64,000 nt of DNA, taken from positions 32,001 to 96,000 of the forward strand of contig JBEKYR010000006.1 in the NCBI GenBank assembly GCA_049510745.1, read 5' to 3'. This document shows, piece by piece, positions 17,988 to 27,482 of this stretch. This DNA comes from Verrucomicrobiota bacterium (lineage in GTDB: Bacteria > Verrucomicrobiota > Verrucomicrobiia > Limisphaerales > Palsa-1400). Under the pieces are notes generated by a model. That model searched no databases and was not told the DNA's origin. It was given only the letters and a program-made list of their open reading frames with translations. Each line of letters starts with the position of its first letter. The first letter of the stretch is position 1. A program made the translations under genes and the position numbers.

Positions 17988-19373
17988 ATGAAAAAACTTC
18001 TCGCTCTCACCCTCGCGGCGACCGTTTGGGCCGCCTTGACCGGCTGCAAAGTTCACCTTTTCACCTCTTCCGGCAATTGGTCGGACGCCGATTTGAAGGC
18101 CGTCACCAACTTCATCCAAAACGCCGAAATACCGGCCAGCCTCAAAAACCTGCAAGTGGACAACCGCAACGGAGCCATCCACATCACCGGCACGGAAAAC
18201 GGGCCTGCCCGCTGGACCTGGAAGGTCGCCGTCCGCGCTCGCACCGATGCCATCGCCCAACAGATCGCGGCCGGCGTCCGCTGCGACACGGAACTGGATG
18301 GCGGCCGTCTCAAGCTGGCGGTCTCAGTGCCCGAATCCAGGGAGCCGCACAGCATCCAATCCGATTTTGAAATCAGCGCGCCGAAATTTGCGGCCGTCCG
18401 CACCCAAACCCACTTTGGCAAGACCGATCTTGCCGACCTCGGAGGCGATGTCGAAGCCGCGGACCAAAACGGCGACATGGAAATCCACCACGTTGGCGGC
18501 CACGTCCGCGCTCAAACCTCTTTCGCCAGCCTCGCCGTCAGCGACACCGGCCCAGCCACTTTGAAAAACCAGAACGGCGACATCCAAGCCACCCGCATCG
18601 GCGGCCCATTGGAGGCTGAAACCAGTTTTGCCTCGCTGATCGCCCAGGACATCCGCGGGCCGGCTTCGCTGGCCAACCAGAACGGCGACATCAAGGCCAC
18701 TGCCATCGGCGGTTTGTTGGACGCCAAAACCAGCTTTGCCTCCCTCGTCGCCCGCGACATTCACGGCCCGGCGTCGCTGACCAATCAAAACGGAAAGATC
18801 GAAGCCACCGCTATCGCCGGGGCCTTGAAAGCCAAGACCAGCTTTGCCTCCCTCGTCGCGCACGACATCGGCGGCCCCGTTCACTTGCGCGATCAAAACG
18901 GAAGCGTCGATGTCGTCCAGGCCAGGGGCGACGCCGACATCAAAACTTCCTTCGACAGATTGAGCGTCGAAGGAATCGAAGGCGATGCGGTCCTGATGAA
19001 CCAGAACGGCGGGGTGGCGGCCAGCGGCGTCACCGGCTCCGTCAAGGCCGACACTTCCTTTGCCGCCTTGGAAATCAAGGGCGCCGGTTCGGAGTTTGTC
19101 TGCCACAACCAAATGGGCGCCATCCGCCTCCGCGCCACTTCCACCGCCCTCACCCACATTGAAGCCAGCACCTCTTTCGACACCCTGGAATTGCATCTGC
19201 CGGCCGAACTGAAACCGGCCATCCAGGCCCGAACCACTTTTGGCGACATCCAATCCGACTTCCCGGTCCTCATGAAACCGGGCGGCGCGGACGCTTTTGC
19301 CGATGTTGCCCCCGGCACACCGCGCGCCACCTTGCGCAACCAAAACGGCAACATTCGCGTTCTCCGCGATTAA
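17988..19373 (+). CDS. DUF4097/putative adhesin beta-strand-repeat lipoprotein
   Basis: Lipobox LTGC after MKKLLALTLAATVWAA. Repeats of about 38 aa: NQNGDI.AT.IGG.L.A.TSFASL. Confidence 0.85.
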   Translation: MKKLLALTLAATVWAALTGCKVHLFTSSGNWSDADLKAVTNFIQNAEIPASLKNLQVDNRNGAIHITGTENGPARWTWKVAVRARTDAIAQQIAAGVRCDTELDGGRLKLAVSVPESREPHSIQSDFEISAPKFAAVRTQTHFGKTDLADLGGDVEAADQNGDMEIHHVGGHVRAQTSFASLAVSDTGPATLKNQNGDIQATRIGGPLEAETSFASLIAQDIRGPASLANQNGDIKATAIGGLLDAKTSFASLVARDIHGPASLTNQNGKIEATAIAGALKAKTSFASLVAHDIGGPVHLRDQNGSVDVVQARGDADIKTSFDRLSVEGIEGDAVLMNQNGGVAASGVTGSVKADTSFAALEIKGAGSEFVCHNQMGAIRLRATSTALTHIEASTSFDTLELHLPAELKPAIQARTTFGDIQSDFPVLMKPGGADAFADVAPGTPRATLRNQNGNIRVLRD

Positions 19374-19454
19374 ACCGCCCTTTGAAGCTGGAGCGGTTCA
19401 ATCCGCCTCCGCCGGCTATTGCGGGATTTCCCGTCCGTGATTAGTCTTGGTTCC

Positions 19455-20186
19455 GTGGAAGCCAGGAACATCACATCTGCGGACATCTCGGCCAACCTGA
19501 ACACCGTGCGCCAGCGCCTCGCCGCCGCTTGCGCCCGCGCGGGGCGCCAGGCCGCGTCCGTCGCGCTGCTGACCGTTTCGAAGGGGCACCCGGCGGAAAC
19601 GGTTTGCGCGGCGGCGGCGGAGGGCCTGACGCTCTTTGGCGAGAACCGCGTGCAGGAAGCGCGCGCGAAAATCGGCCAGTGCCCCGGCCGCCTGCAATGG
19701 CATTTGATCGGCCATTTGCAGTCCAACAAGTGCCGCGACGCCGTCCATTTCTTCAGCATGATCCAGAGCGTCGATAGCCTGGCGCTGGCGCGCGAGATTA
19801 ACAAATGGGCCGAGAAATCCGCAAAGACGATGCCGGTGCTGATCGAGGTGAACGTCGCGGGCGAATCGAGCAAATTTGGCTACGCCCCGGAAAAGGTCCT
19901 GGTCGAATTAAAGGAACTCAACGCCCTGCCGAGAATAGAAGTGCATGGGCTGATGACCGTGGCCCCGTTCGCGCCAGACCCGGAGAAGGTCCGGCCCGTC
20001 TTCCGCCGCCTGCGCCAATTAAAAGGGCAGTGCGAGGACATCCTGGGCGTTCCGCTGGCCCAATTGAGCATGGGAATGAGCGGTGATTTTGAAGTGGCGG
20101 TGGAAGAAGGAGCGACTATCATACGGCTTGGCAGCGCTGTTTTAGGCCCGCGGGCCGCGCCAAAGGCGGCCGCCGGCGACGCATAA
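19455..20186 (+). CDS. yggS: YggS/PLPBP family pyridoxal phosphate homeostasis protein
   Basis: Motifs VSK, FGENRVQE, WHLIGHLQSNK, LSMGMSGDFEVAVEEGATIIRLG. Start (GTG 19455) is approximate. Confidence 0.95.
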   Translation: MEARNITSADISANLNTVRQRLAAACARAGRQAASVALLTVSKGHPAETVCAAAAEGLTLFGENRVQEARAKIGQCPGRLQWHLIGHLQSNKCRDAVHFFSMIQSVDSLALAREINKWAEKSAKTMPVLIEVNVAGESSKFGYAPEKVLVELKELNALPRIEVHGLMTVAPFAPDPEKVRPVFRRLRQLKGQCEDILGVPLAQLSMGMSGDFEVAVEEGATIIRLGSAVLGPRAAPKAAAGDA

Positions 20187-20189
20187 ACT

Positions 20190-20486
20190 ATGGATTTGAC
20201 TGTCGAGACATTTCAGGCCGAGATCGCCGAAGCCCTGACGGCTTACGACAAGCATATTGTTTGCATCGACAAGATTCCCGAGGAGTGCAAGGACGCGCTG
20301 GAGTCGTTGATGGACAAGGCCATTCGCGCTTATGTCAGCCGCGGCCCGCATTTGCGCCACGGCATCGCTTTGGACAAACAAGTCACGATCATCCTGAGCC
20401 AGACGGAGAACGAGCGCCCGCTCTGCGGCATTTATTTCAATCTTCATTCCCCCTACAAAAAGAAAGCCCCAGTCAAAGCGAAATAG
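20190..20486 (+). CDS. Hypothetical protein downstream of yggS
   Basis: 98-aa ATG ORF 3 bp after the yggS stop, with coding-like codon usage. Confidence 0.8.
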   Translation: MDLTVETFQAEIAEALTAYDKHIVCIDKIPEECKDALESLMDKAIRAYVSRGPHLRHGIALDKQVTIILSQTENERPLCGIYFNLHSPYKKKAPVKAK

Positions 20487-20591
20487 GAGGACTAAGCCGG
20501 CCGAGGCGGGTGGCGGTTGACTCCCAATCGTAACCTGATTTTAGCCTTGCCGTCATTGCCTTTGGGCCGGCTGGTTTGATAATCCCGGACC

Positions 20592-21068
20592 ATGAGAAAG
20601 CGAATCCTCGTGGTGGCCCATGAAGCCGACGTTGTGAAATCCGTTCCGGTCACTTTGCGGCTGGCCGGCCACCGCGTGATCCTGGCCGGCTGCGGTCTGG
20701 ATGCCATCAAGCGGGCGCGCAGTTTGCTGCCCGATTTGATTTTGGTGGATGCGGCTTTGCCGGACATGGATGGCTCGACCATCATCGAATTCCTCGGGCG
20801 CCTGCCATCGACCGCAACTTTACCGACCATGCTCTTCAAACCGCGCTTGGGCGCGGCGCAGAGCCAGCCGCAACCGGGTTGTTTGGGGGCCAGCCCGATG
20901 AATTCGAGCGAGCTGCTGCAACAGGTGGCGCTGGCGTTGGCACTGTGCCGCCCGCGAGCCGGCCAAGCCGAACCGGAGGCGGACTTTGCGGGTGGGGCGC
21001 GGTGTGAGGTTTCACCCTACACCCAAATCCAGACTCGCCTTGCAGACAACTCCGCGCCAACGAGTTAG
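20592..21068 (+). CDS. Atypical single-domain response regulator receiver
   Basis: KRILVVAHE...PDLILVDAALPDMDG. The phospho-Asp is kept but the acidic pocket is altered. Confidence 0.75.
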   Translation: MRKRILVVAHEADVVKSVPVTLRLAGHRVILAGCGLDAIKRARSLLPDLILVDAALPDMDGSTIIEFLGRLPSTATLPTMLFKPRLGAAQSQPQPGCLGASPMNSSELLQQVALALALCRPRAGQAEPEADFAGGARCEVSPYTQIQTRLADNSAPTS

Positions 21069-21154
21069 AATCGCGCGGAAGTTAGAACTATTTGTCCGGA
21101 CAGGCGCAGCGGATTGAGATGCGCGTTGACGCCGCATGAGAGGCTTGTCCTCCT

Positions 21155-21361
21155 ATGAAATTGCCCATGGTGTTCAACTCAGTTCCGGCGCTGTGCGCGA
21201 TGTTCTTTTATCTTGTCGTGTACTCCGTCTGTATCGTCCTGATGTTTCGGACGGACAAGAACGGGCGGCGGCGGCGATGGCACGCCTTGGATTACATTTG
21301 GATTCCGTTGGGCGGAGTGACGGGTGTGTGCCTGGTGGCGCTTTGGTGGAAGATGCATTAG
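21155..21361 (+). CDS. Small two-TM membrane protein
   Basis: Two hydrophobic helices separated by the basic loop KNGRRRRW. Confidence 0.6.
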   Translation: MKLPMVFNSVPALCAMFFYLVVYSVCIVLMFRTDKNGRRRRWHALDYIWIPLGGVTGVCLVALWWKMH

Positions 21362-21445
21362 TCGCTCGTTGGCCGGGGGCGGGTTGACCGGGCATGCGCT
21401 TCGCGTTTGAGTTTCTTGGAGCACCCTTGTAGCCTCACCGCCGCC

Positions 21446-22312
21446 ATGAGAATCGGAATCAATACCTTTCTGTTCACTTCGCCCTTTACCAACAAGAGCA
21501 CCGCGCTCTTTGCCCAATTAAAAAAATGGGGGTTCGACACCGTCGAGATCGCCATCGAAGACCCCGCCCATATCGATCCCAAACGGGTCAAGGACGAGTT
21601 GGACAAGGCGGGGTTGCCGTGCGGCTCGGCTTGCGCCTGCTTCGGTCCGGAGCGGGACCTTCGCGGCACCACCCGCCAGCAACAGACCTCGCTCAAATAC
21701 ATGCGCGCGCTCCTCGATCAGATGGTGGCGCTCGATTGCCCCTCGTTGATCGGGCCGGTCTATTCGTCGGTCGGACGCGCCGACGCCGTCCCGCCGCGCG
21801 AGCGCCGCCAGCAATGGCGCACCGTCGTGCGGAATTTGAAGACTCTCTGCCAGGAGGCCGCCGACAAGGGGAAGAAAGTTTGCCTGGAACCTCTCAACCG
21901 CTTTGAGACCGACTTCATCAACACTTGCGACCAGGCGTTGCAAATGGTGGCGGATGTCAACAGCCCGGCGTTGCTGGTTCACTTGGATACCTTCCACATG
22001 AACATCGAGGAGAAGCACCAGGCGGCGGCCATTCGCAAGGCGGGCCGGCGCCTCGGCCATATCCATGCCTGCGGCTGCGACCGCGGCACGCCTGGCGGCG
22101 ACCACATTGATTGGGCGGGCATTGCCGCCGCCTTCCGGGATGTCGGGTATGACCAGGACGTCGTCATCGAAGCCTTTACCACGGATATCAAAGTGCTCGC
22201 GCGGGCCTCGGCCATCTGGCGGCGCATTGAGCCGGCGCGCGACGGCATCGCGGTCAATGGCTTGCGCTTTCTGCGCGGCGCCTTGGGCACACCTTCCATT
22301 CCAAAAATATGA
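21446..22312 (+). CDS. Sugar phosphate isomerase/epimerase, D-psicose/D-tagatose 3-epimerase-like
   Basis: Metal-binding motifs LEPLNRFETDFINT, HLDTFHMNIEE, HIHA...DRGTPG and VVIEAF. Confidence 0.9.
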   Translation: MRIGINTFLFTSPFTNKSTALFAQLKKWGFDTVEIAIEDPAHIDPKRVKDELDKAGLPCGSACACFGPERDLRGTTRQQQTSLKYMRALLDQMVALDCPSLIGPVYSSVGRADAVPPRERRQQWRTVVRNLKTLCQEAADKGKKVCLEPLNRFETDFINTCDQALQMVADVNSPALLVHLDTFHMNIEEKHQAAAIRKAGRRLGHIHACGCDRGTPGGDHIDWAGIAAAFRDVGYDQDVVIEAFTTDIKVLARASAIWRRIEPARDGIAVNGLRFLRGALGTPSIPKI

Positions 22313-23187
22313 AAAAGATTGCCGCCACCCTCCTCTGCGGCTGCCTTGCATTGGCCGCTAATGCCGCCGGAAAAAAAATCCTGTTCATTGCCGGCACGCC
22401 CAGTCACGGGCCGGGCGAACACGAGTACCGCGCCGGCTGTTTGCTCCTGCAAAAGTGCCTGCGCGGCGTGCCCGGTGTTCAGACGGTCGTCTCTTCAAAC
22501 GGCTGGCCCAAAGACGCCGCCGCTTTTGACGGGGCCGACGCCATTGTCCTGTCCATGGATGGCGGCGCGCAACACGCCCTGCTGGCTGGCGACCACTTGC
22601 AACAGATCGGCGCGCTCATGAAAAAAGGCGTGGGCTTGGGCGCCATTCATTGGACGGTCGAGGTGACCAAAGACAAGGGCGAGAAGGAGTTTCTTGACTG
22701 GCTGGGCGGTGCCTATGAAATCAATTGGTCGGTCAATCCGATCTGGACGGCTAATTTTGCCGCGCTGCCGGACCATCCCATCACGCGCGGCGTCAAGCCG
22801 TTTGAACTCCGCGACGAGTGGTATTTTCACCTGCGCTTCCCGGAGGGCATGAAGGGCCTCACGCCAATTCTGACGGCGGTTCCACCCGCCAGCACGATGG
22901 ACCGGCCGGACGGCCCGCATTCGGGAAATCCGGCCGTGCGGGAGGCGGTCAAGAACGGTGAACCGCAGATTCTGGCCTGGGCCTTTGAGCGGCCCGATGG
23001 CGGGCGCGGCTTTGCCGTCACCGGCGCGCATTATCACAAGAACTGGGGCGACGCCAATTTCCGCAAGACGGTCTTGAACGGCCTCCTGTGGATTGCCAAA
23101 GCCGACGTGCCGCCGAACGGCGTGGCCAGCACCGTTACGGAGGATGACTTGAAAGCGAACCTGGACCCCAAGGGCGCGAAAAAATGA
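22309..23187 (+). CDS. ThuA-like (trehalose utilisation) domain protein, exported
   Basis: KILFIAG.PSHGPGEHE, HPITRGVKPFELRDEWY and WAFERPDGGRGF. Signal peptide. ATGA overlap with the upstream gene. Confidence 0.88.
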   Translation: MKKIAATLLCGCLALAANAAGKKILFIAGTPSHGPGEHEYRAGCLLLQKCLRGVPGVQTVVSSNGWPKDAAAFDGADAIVLSMDGGAQHALLAGDHLQQIGALMKKGVGLGAIHWTVEVTKDKGEKEFLDWLGGAYEINWSVNPIWTANFAALPDHPITRGVKPFELRDEWYFHLRFPEGMKGLTPILTAVPPASTMDRPDGPHSGNPAVREAVKNGEPQILAWAFERPDGGRGFAVTGAHYHKNWGDANFRKTVLNGLLWIAKADVPPNGVASTVTEDDLKANLDPKGAKK

Positions 23188-23217
23188 GATGAGGGAGTGC
23201 GTTTCTTTCTTGGGTCT

Positions 23218-23319
23218 CCCCTCCTTTTAGTCGTAATCGTAATCCTCTTAATCATAATCCTGCTCCATTTTTCGGATGGCCAGACCGGGATGACGATTAC
23301 GATTACGAAGGAGGGGCTG
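23218..23319. repeat. Palindromic hexamer-armed intergenic element, copy 1
   Basis: (TAATCG)n left arm and (CGATTA)n right arm. Core TTAATCATAATCCTGCTCCA..TTTCGG..AGACCGGGAT is shared with 57263-57346. Confidence 0.8.
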
Positions 23320-23393
23320 CCCAACAGTGAATTGCGCCCTTGCCCGCATGAACATGTCATTTCCCCGGCACGGGGATTTTGTATAGTGGAATA

Positions 23394-26300
23394 ATGCCGC
23401 GTCGCGTCCAGCAAGGTGTGATTTTTCTGCTCGCGTTTCTGGTCCTCCAGGGCGCCCGGGGCGAGGCCATGCTGCAGTTGTTTAACGTGAGCTGGAGCGA
23501 ATTGGCCCAAAAAATGCCTGAGATCGCCGAGGCAGGTTACGACAGCCTGTGGCTGCCGCCTCCCGCCAAGGCCAGCAGCAGCTTTTCCGCCGGCTACGAC
23601 CAGTTTGATCCCTTCGACCTCGGCGACCAGAACCAGAGCGGCACGGTCGCCACCCGCTACGGCACCAAGGCGCAATTGTTGCAAGCCGTGCAAATGGCCC
23701 ACCGCTTCGGCCTCCGCGTTTATTTCGACAACATTGTCAATCATCGGGGCTATGTCGTCCCCGGCTACAACAGTTCGACCCCAACCAATTTTTATCCGGG
23801 GCTGTTGCCCCAGGATTTTCATTTGCTGACCGTGGCGGGCGGCTTTTACAAGAATGTCCCGTCGATCTCCGACTATAACACGATCTGGAACGTGCAAAAC
23901 GAGTCGTTGCTCGGACTGATTGATCTGGCCCAGGAACCTGGCGGGACCAATCTCAACTTCGGAGCGGCGGAGGGCGATACCATCCCGAAAATCTTTTTTG
24001 TCCGGCAGCCCACGCATCCCGATTATTACATGGACACCAACCTGCCCTCCATCGGCGGCCCGTGGCACCCGTTCAACGGCGCCAACGGCGAACCGTCCTC
24101 CGAGAACGTCGGCGGCTATCTGTGCCGGGCCGTGGTCTGGATGCTCAACCAAACCAAGTGCGACGGCTTCCGGCTGGACGCGGTCAAGCACGTGCCCTCC
24201 GGTTTTTTTGGCGACACGACGGATTCCCCCAACGGGTATTGCGGCGCGATTCAGACCATGTTCGATTACGTCCACGGCTACGGGAGCAACGTGACGGGCA
24301 ACGGCTATATGGAGGCGGATGACAACCGGAACAGTGTATTTGACACTGAAGCGCCGCGCAATGACGCCATGATTTTTGGCGAGCACCTGGGCGAGCCGCC
24401 CAGCTTCAGCGAATACATCACGCGCGGCATGCGGCTCTTGAACGCGCCGGGCCAGAACACGCTCAACAGCACGCTGGGCATTCCGGGGGCGACGATGAGC
24501 GGGATGGATTCCCCCAACTGGGGGCCGGCGCCGCAGGACGGGGATTCGATCATCGGCTTCCAGGGCGTGCAATTCTCCCAAAGCGCCGACAACACCTATT
24601 GCGGCATATCCTACGCGGTGCGCGCCCTTCAGAACGCCTACAATTTCATGCGCGCCGGCCTGCCGGAGATTTACAGCGACGGCTACAACGAGACGCAGGG
24701 CGCGTCGCCGTTTCCGGGCGTGCCGCAGGCCAATTACCTTGGGGAATTCGGCGACAACACCATGCCGGACATCGCCTATCTGCAACATCAACTGGCGCGC
24801 GGCTTGCAGACCCCGCGTTGGAGCGATGGCAACGTCGTCTGCTTCGAGCGTTACGACAACCGCGAGGGCAGCCCGGGCGACCCGGCGGACCAGGTGACTG
24901 TGCTCTTCGCCATGAACGATTACATGGTGGCGGGGCAGGGCGACGCCTCCTTCGACGACGGCGTTGCGCAACTGACCGACGGCACCTATTACGAATGCTT
25001 TCCGGTGGTTAATTCGCGCGGCGTCGGGCTGGTGGTCGGTTTTCCGCCCGGATCGGTGCTGTCCCAATTGGCCACCGGCCCGCTCGGCAGCACCAACCAG
25101 GCGTGGGCGTTCGACAACAGCGGGGCGTGCTCGAAATTGCTTGTGCGCGCGGCCACCGCCAGCCTGGCCGAAGCCCAGGCGACCGCCAACGATCCCAACC
25201 CGGCCAACCGCGCCGTCTATGTCGGCGGCCAGACGCTGGCGCCGGGCGGCGGCGCGATCGAATTCAAAATTCCGGCCGGCAGCTATGTCTGCTACGGCTA
25301 CCAGTGGCCGGAGCCAAGCCGCTCGGCCTTGAGCGACGCGATTATTTTCCGCCAGGGCGGCGCGGCGGTTCCAAGCCTGGCCCTTTACCGGCACGACGGC
25401 ACCAACGGAGACCCCAATTTCAATCCCCTTTATCCCTTCAAAATGCGCGGCCGCATCGACCCGAACGGCACTGTCATCGGCGGTCGCAACGTCAGCAACC
25501 GGACTTACGCCATCGACGTTCCCATTCTCACCAACGCGCCCTTCGACATCCTCGTCCGCAATGACGCCTCCTCTGTCAATACTCTGGTCAAGCTGGACGG
25601 CGGCATCGATCTCAACAGCCAGATGGGCCTGGGCGTGACCAATACCTACACGGCGCGGGTCCTGGACTTGCGCGACAACAAACCCGGCTACGCCGATGAT
25701 GTCTTTCTCGGTTACGAACAGACCGCCCTTGATTTTCGCTATGGCCCGGAAAAATTCGCCGCCGAAAACATCGCGCGCGACAATGTCACCGCCCTCGGCG
25801 CGGAAACATACTCCTACACGGTGGGTGGTTCCAACGGTGTCGCCTTTGGCGAAGGCAACGGCCTGGGCATCACCAACAGCACGGTGCAGTGGGTTTATCA
25901 CAATCCGTCGGACATCGTGAACATCGCCGGCAGCGCGCCGCCCAGCCAGTTGAATCCCCTCGGCCCGGCCGCCGGCCAGCCGGCGGATGTCTGGGTCAAG
26001 ATCGGCTACCAATCGCAAATCAACCAATGCACCGTCTATTACACCACCGACGGCAGCAATCCCCAAGGCTCCTACGGCGCGGGCGCGGGAACGACCCAAA
26101 CGGTGGCGGGAGCCTGGGTGGCTCACGATCAAACCGACTCAACAATCGACTGGTGGAAAGCGACCATTCCGGCCGGCGCGAACACCGGCGGCGCGACCGT
26201 CCGCTATGCCGTGGCCGTCTTCAACAATAGCATCCAACCCATTTCCGACGCGACCACGGACAAGCTCTACGGGCTTAATGAAGCGTCAATTACAAACTTC

Positions 26301-27482
26301 AATCCCACCACGGCGCTGGTCTGGACGGCCAACGATTTGAACACCAACAGTCTGACAGTCGGTTTGCAGGCCGGCCTGCATATTGTCCGCGCGCGCTCCT
26401 TTTTGCCGCGCACCGGCAAGTCCAGTGTCTATAACACGTTCCTGGAAACCTTCTACTACGACGCCGCCACGCCGTCCGGCCTGATCGTTTCGCCCGCGCC
26501 CGGCGCGAAAATCACCAACTCGACCTACACCATCATCGTCCGCGCCGACAGCACCGCGACAGGCGCGGCGGTCAACATCGCGGACAGCAACCCGGGAAAT
26601 GACGACGTGGTCACGGGCTACAATTACGGGAACGGCTCGCGCAATGGCGCTCCCGTGTTCGTCAGCGCCCCGGCTGTCGCCGTGACGACGCCGGCCCTGG
26701 ATGCGTTGTATCCGAGTTTGCCGCAAGAATACCATTTCACCTACGCCGGCGTGCCGACCAACGGGAGCGCGACGGTCACGGTGCTGTTGAGCGAAATCAC
26801 GACCCAGGTTTTGAGCAATCGCGTGACCACCCTGACCAACGCCTGCGCCACCGTTGCGCCCGGCGCCACGCTGCAAATCAGCAGTCCGCCCGTGGACGGC
26901 CTGGCGCTGCTCCTGGGATCGAACTCGGTTTATACGGTGCAGGCCTGTTTCACTCCCAGCCTGGACACGAACGACATCGAGAAGTTTACGGTGACGGTCA
27001 ACGGCGCGCCCCAGCCGCGCTCCGGCGCGAACTACGAGCCGCTCTACTATATTGGCGGCACGGCCTGTGAACCGGCGCTGCGGACGTTCAACTACACGTG
27101 GGTCGCGCCCCCTCCCGGCAGAAATGTCATCAATGTCACCTTCGACGGCGGAGAAGTGTTGAGCGCGCAACGAACCGTGCTGGTCTTCGATCCGCGGAGC
27201 AGTTCTCCGACTTACGGGCTGCCGGGTTATGATTCCTTCGTCGCTGGCGCCAATCCCACCAATCCCGCCACCTGGCTGCAAATCACCGGCATCGCCGGCG
27301 GACTCATCACCTGGAACAGCGTTCCCGGCAAGACCTACCAAGTGCTGGCCAGCGGCAATTTGAATGCCGGTTTCCAACCGGTCAGCCCGGTTCTCAGCGC
27401 CACGGGCACAAACAGTTTCTTCTACGATAGCAACTACACCAACGGGCCGGATAAGTTTTATCTGATCCAGGTCTTTCCATGA
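23394..27482 (+). CDS. Large secreted alpha-amylase family (GH13) protein with Ig-like extensions and C-terminal domain
   Basis: EAGYDSLWLPPP, TRYGT, VYFDNIVNH, DGFRLDAVKHV, IFGEH. Ends DKFYLIQVFP. Confidence 0.88.
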   Translation: MPRRVQQGVIFLLAFLVLQGARGEAMLQLFNVSWSELAQKMPEIAEAGYDSLWLPPPAKASSSFSAGYDQFDPFDLGDQNQSGTVATRYGTKAQLLQAVQMAHRFGLRVYFDNIVNHRGYVVPGYNSSTPTNFYPGLLPQDFHLLTVAGGFYKNVPSISDYNTIWNVQNESLLGLIDLAQEPGGTNLNFGAAEGDTIPKIFFVRQPTHPDYYMDTNLPSIGGPWHPFNGANGEPSSENVGGYLCRAVVWMLNQTKCDGFRLDAVKHVPSGFFGDTTDSPNGYCGAIQTMFDYVHGYGSNVTGNGYMEADDNRNSVFDTEAPRNDAMIFGEHLGEPPSFSEYITRGMRLLNAPGQNTLNSTLGIPGATMSGMDSPNWGPAPQDGDSIIGFQGVQFSQSADNTYCGISYAVRALQNAYNFMRAGLPEIYSDGYNETQGASPFPGVPQANYLGEFGDNTMPDIAYLQHQLARGLQTPRWSDGNVVCFERYDNREGSPGDPADQVTVLFAMNDYMVAGQGDASFDDGVAQLTDGTYYECFPVVNSRGVGLVVGFPPGSVLSQLATGPLGSTNQAWAFDNSGACSKLLVRAATASLAEAQATANDPNPANRAVYVGGQTLAPGGGAIEFKIPAGSYVCYGYQWPEPSRSALSDAIIFRQGGAAVPSLALYRHDGTNGDPNFNPLYPFKMRGRIDPNGTVIGGRNVSNRTYAIDVPILTNAPFDILVRNDASSVNTLVKLDGGIDLNSQMGLGVTNTYTARVLDLRDNKPGYADDVFLGYEQTALDFRYGPEKFAAENIARDNVTALGAETYSYTVGGSNGVAFGEGNGLGITNSTVQWVYHNPSDIVNIAGSAPPSQLNPLGPAAGQPADVWVKIGYQSQINQCTVYYTTDGSNPQGSYGAGAGTTQTVAGAWVAHDQTDSTIDWWKATIPAGANTGGATVRYAVAVFNNSIQPISDATTDKLYGLNEASITNFNPTTALVWTANDLNTNSLTVGLQAGLHIVRARSFLPRTGKSSVYNTFLETFYYDAATPSGLIVSPAPGAKITNSTYTIIVRADSTATGAAVNIADSNPGNDDVVTGYNYGNGSRNGAPVFVSAPAVAVTTPALDALYPSLPQEYHFTYAGVPTNGSATVTVLLSEITTQVLSNRVTTLTNACATVAPGATLQISSPPVDGLALLLGSNSVYTVQACFTPSLDTNDIEKFTVTVNGAPQPRSGANYEPLYYIGGTACEPALRTFNYTWVAPPPGRNVINVTFDGGEVLSAQRTVLVFDPRSSSPTYGLPGYDSFVAGANPTNPATWLQITGIAGGLITWNSVPGKTYQVLASGNLNAGFQPVSPVLSATGTNSFFYDSNYTNGPDKFYLIQVFP

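Noticed and set aside
23197..23394. Small membrane protein (LLLVVIVILLIIILL)
   Set aside because: The hydrophobic run comes from the TAATCN hexamer element. The second copy gives similar junk ORFs.
23034..26132. 1032-aa minus-strand ORF, and similar long ORFs at 34032-36746, 45766-47970, 5939-8023 and 59374-61359
   Set aside because: Antisense shadows of well-supported GC-rich genes, with no recognisable motifs.
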